Source: Bacteroidota bacterium (lineage in GTDB: Bacteria; Bacteroidota; Bacteroidia; UKL13-3). From it: 64,000 nucleotides of DNA. Shown here in pieces: positions 63,759 to 64,000 of the stretch. The notes beneath the pieces are model-generated. The model saw only the letters and a list, made by a program, of their open reading frames with translations, was not told the DNA's origin and searched no databases. Both the position numbers and the translations under genes were made by a program. Position 1 is the first letter of the stretch; each line of letters opens with the position of its first letter. The stretch spans positions 163 through 64,162 of the forward strand of contig CANHDN010000002.1 of assembly GCA_947459415.1 (NCBI GenBank), in the 5' to 3' direction.

Positions 63759-64000
63759 TTAAACAGATTTGACAACAGATTGGTAAATAGTTAATGTATC
63801 TGAGGCATTTTGTTTCCAATTAAATGACTCAGCTCTCCGTTTTCCTTTGGTTTTTAATGAATCCTGTAAGGCTTTATTGTTCCATAGTTCTAAAATGGCC
63901 ATAGCGATAGATTCTGGTTCAACTGGATTACATAACAAGGCCGCATCACCCACTACTTCGGGCATAGAACTTGTATTTGATGTAATTGTGGGTACCTCAC
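63759..64000 (-). CDS. glycosyltransferase family 1 (C-terminal part; N-terminus beyond the right window edge)
   Basis: The frame stays open upstream of the track Met. Manual translation gives ...EVPTITSNTSSMPEVVGDAALLCNP..., the GT1 (GT-B) nucleotide-sugar binding motif. Confidence 0.75.
   Translation of the reverse strand, partial: EVPTITSNTSSMPEVVGDAALLCNPVEPESIAMAILELWNNKALQDSLKTKGKRRAESFNWKQNASDTLTIYQSVVKSV

Overview
This is an AT-rich, densely coding chromosomal segment with about 60 protein genes on both strands, two tRNA genes and several clear rho-independent terminators. The gene content points to the core genome of a gliding member of the Bacteroidota: GldB next to NadE, exosortase XrtF, BshC, an L28-L33-DUF4295-FtsY array, DUF5606, and TAnnTTTG-type -7 promoter boxes. 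Most genes are housekeeping or envelope functions, including NAD synthase, RimO, QueA, DnaG, RelA/SpoT-Fur-PurA, trigger factor, PdxJ/PdxH, IlvE, fused isobutyryl-CoA mutase IcmF, peroxiredoxins, peptidases and several glycosyltransferases. I found no CRISPR array, no transposase, integrase or phage genes, no toxin-antitoxin pair and no recognisable defence module, so I cannot honestly name a clear new multi-gene system. Five things seem most worth a second look. (1) A four-copy dispersed 30-nt element is built from 7-bp periods; two copies sit in near-identical promoter/leader modules in front of unrelated genes (pepF and a WecA-like GT4), and two form an inverted pair. (2) The exosortase F gene lacks its usual adjacent partner. 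A candidate partner lies 12 kb away, next to a large polytopic membrane protein and an orphan LuxR-type response regulator. (3) A strand-specific structured segment of about 110 nt lies in the 400-bp ORF-free gap between tRNA-Arg and gmd. (4) A terminator-like hairpin encloses the start codon of the next gene. (5) Two adjacent outer-membrane proteins have paralogous barrel modules, one ending in an OmpA-type and the other in a SPOR-like peptidoglycan-binding domain. All functional calls come from reading the translated ORFs and remembered family motifs; no database search was run.
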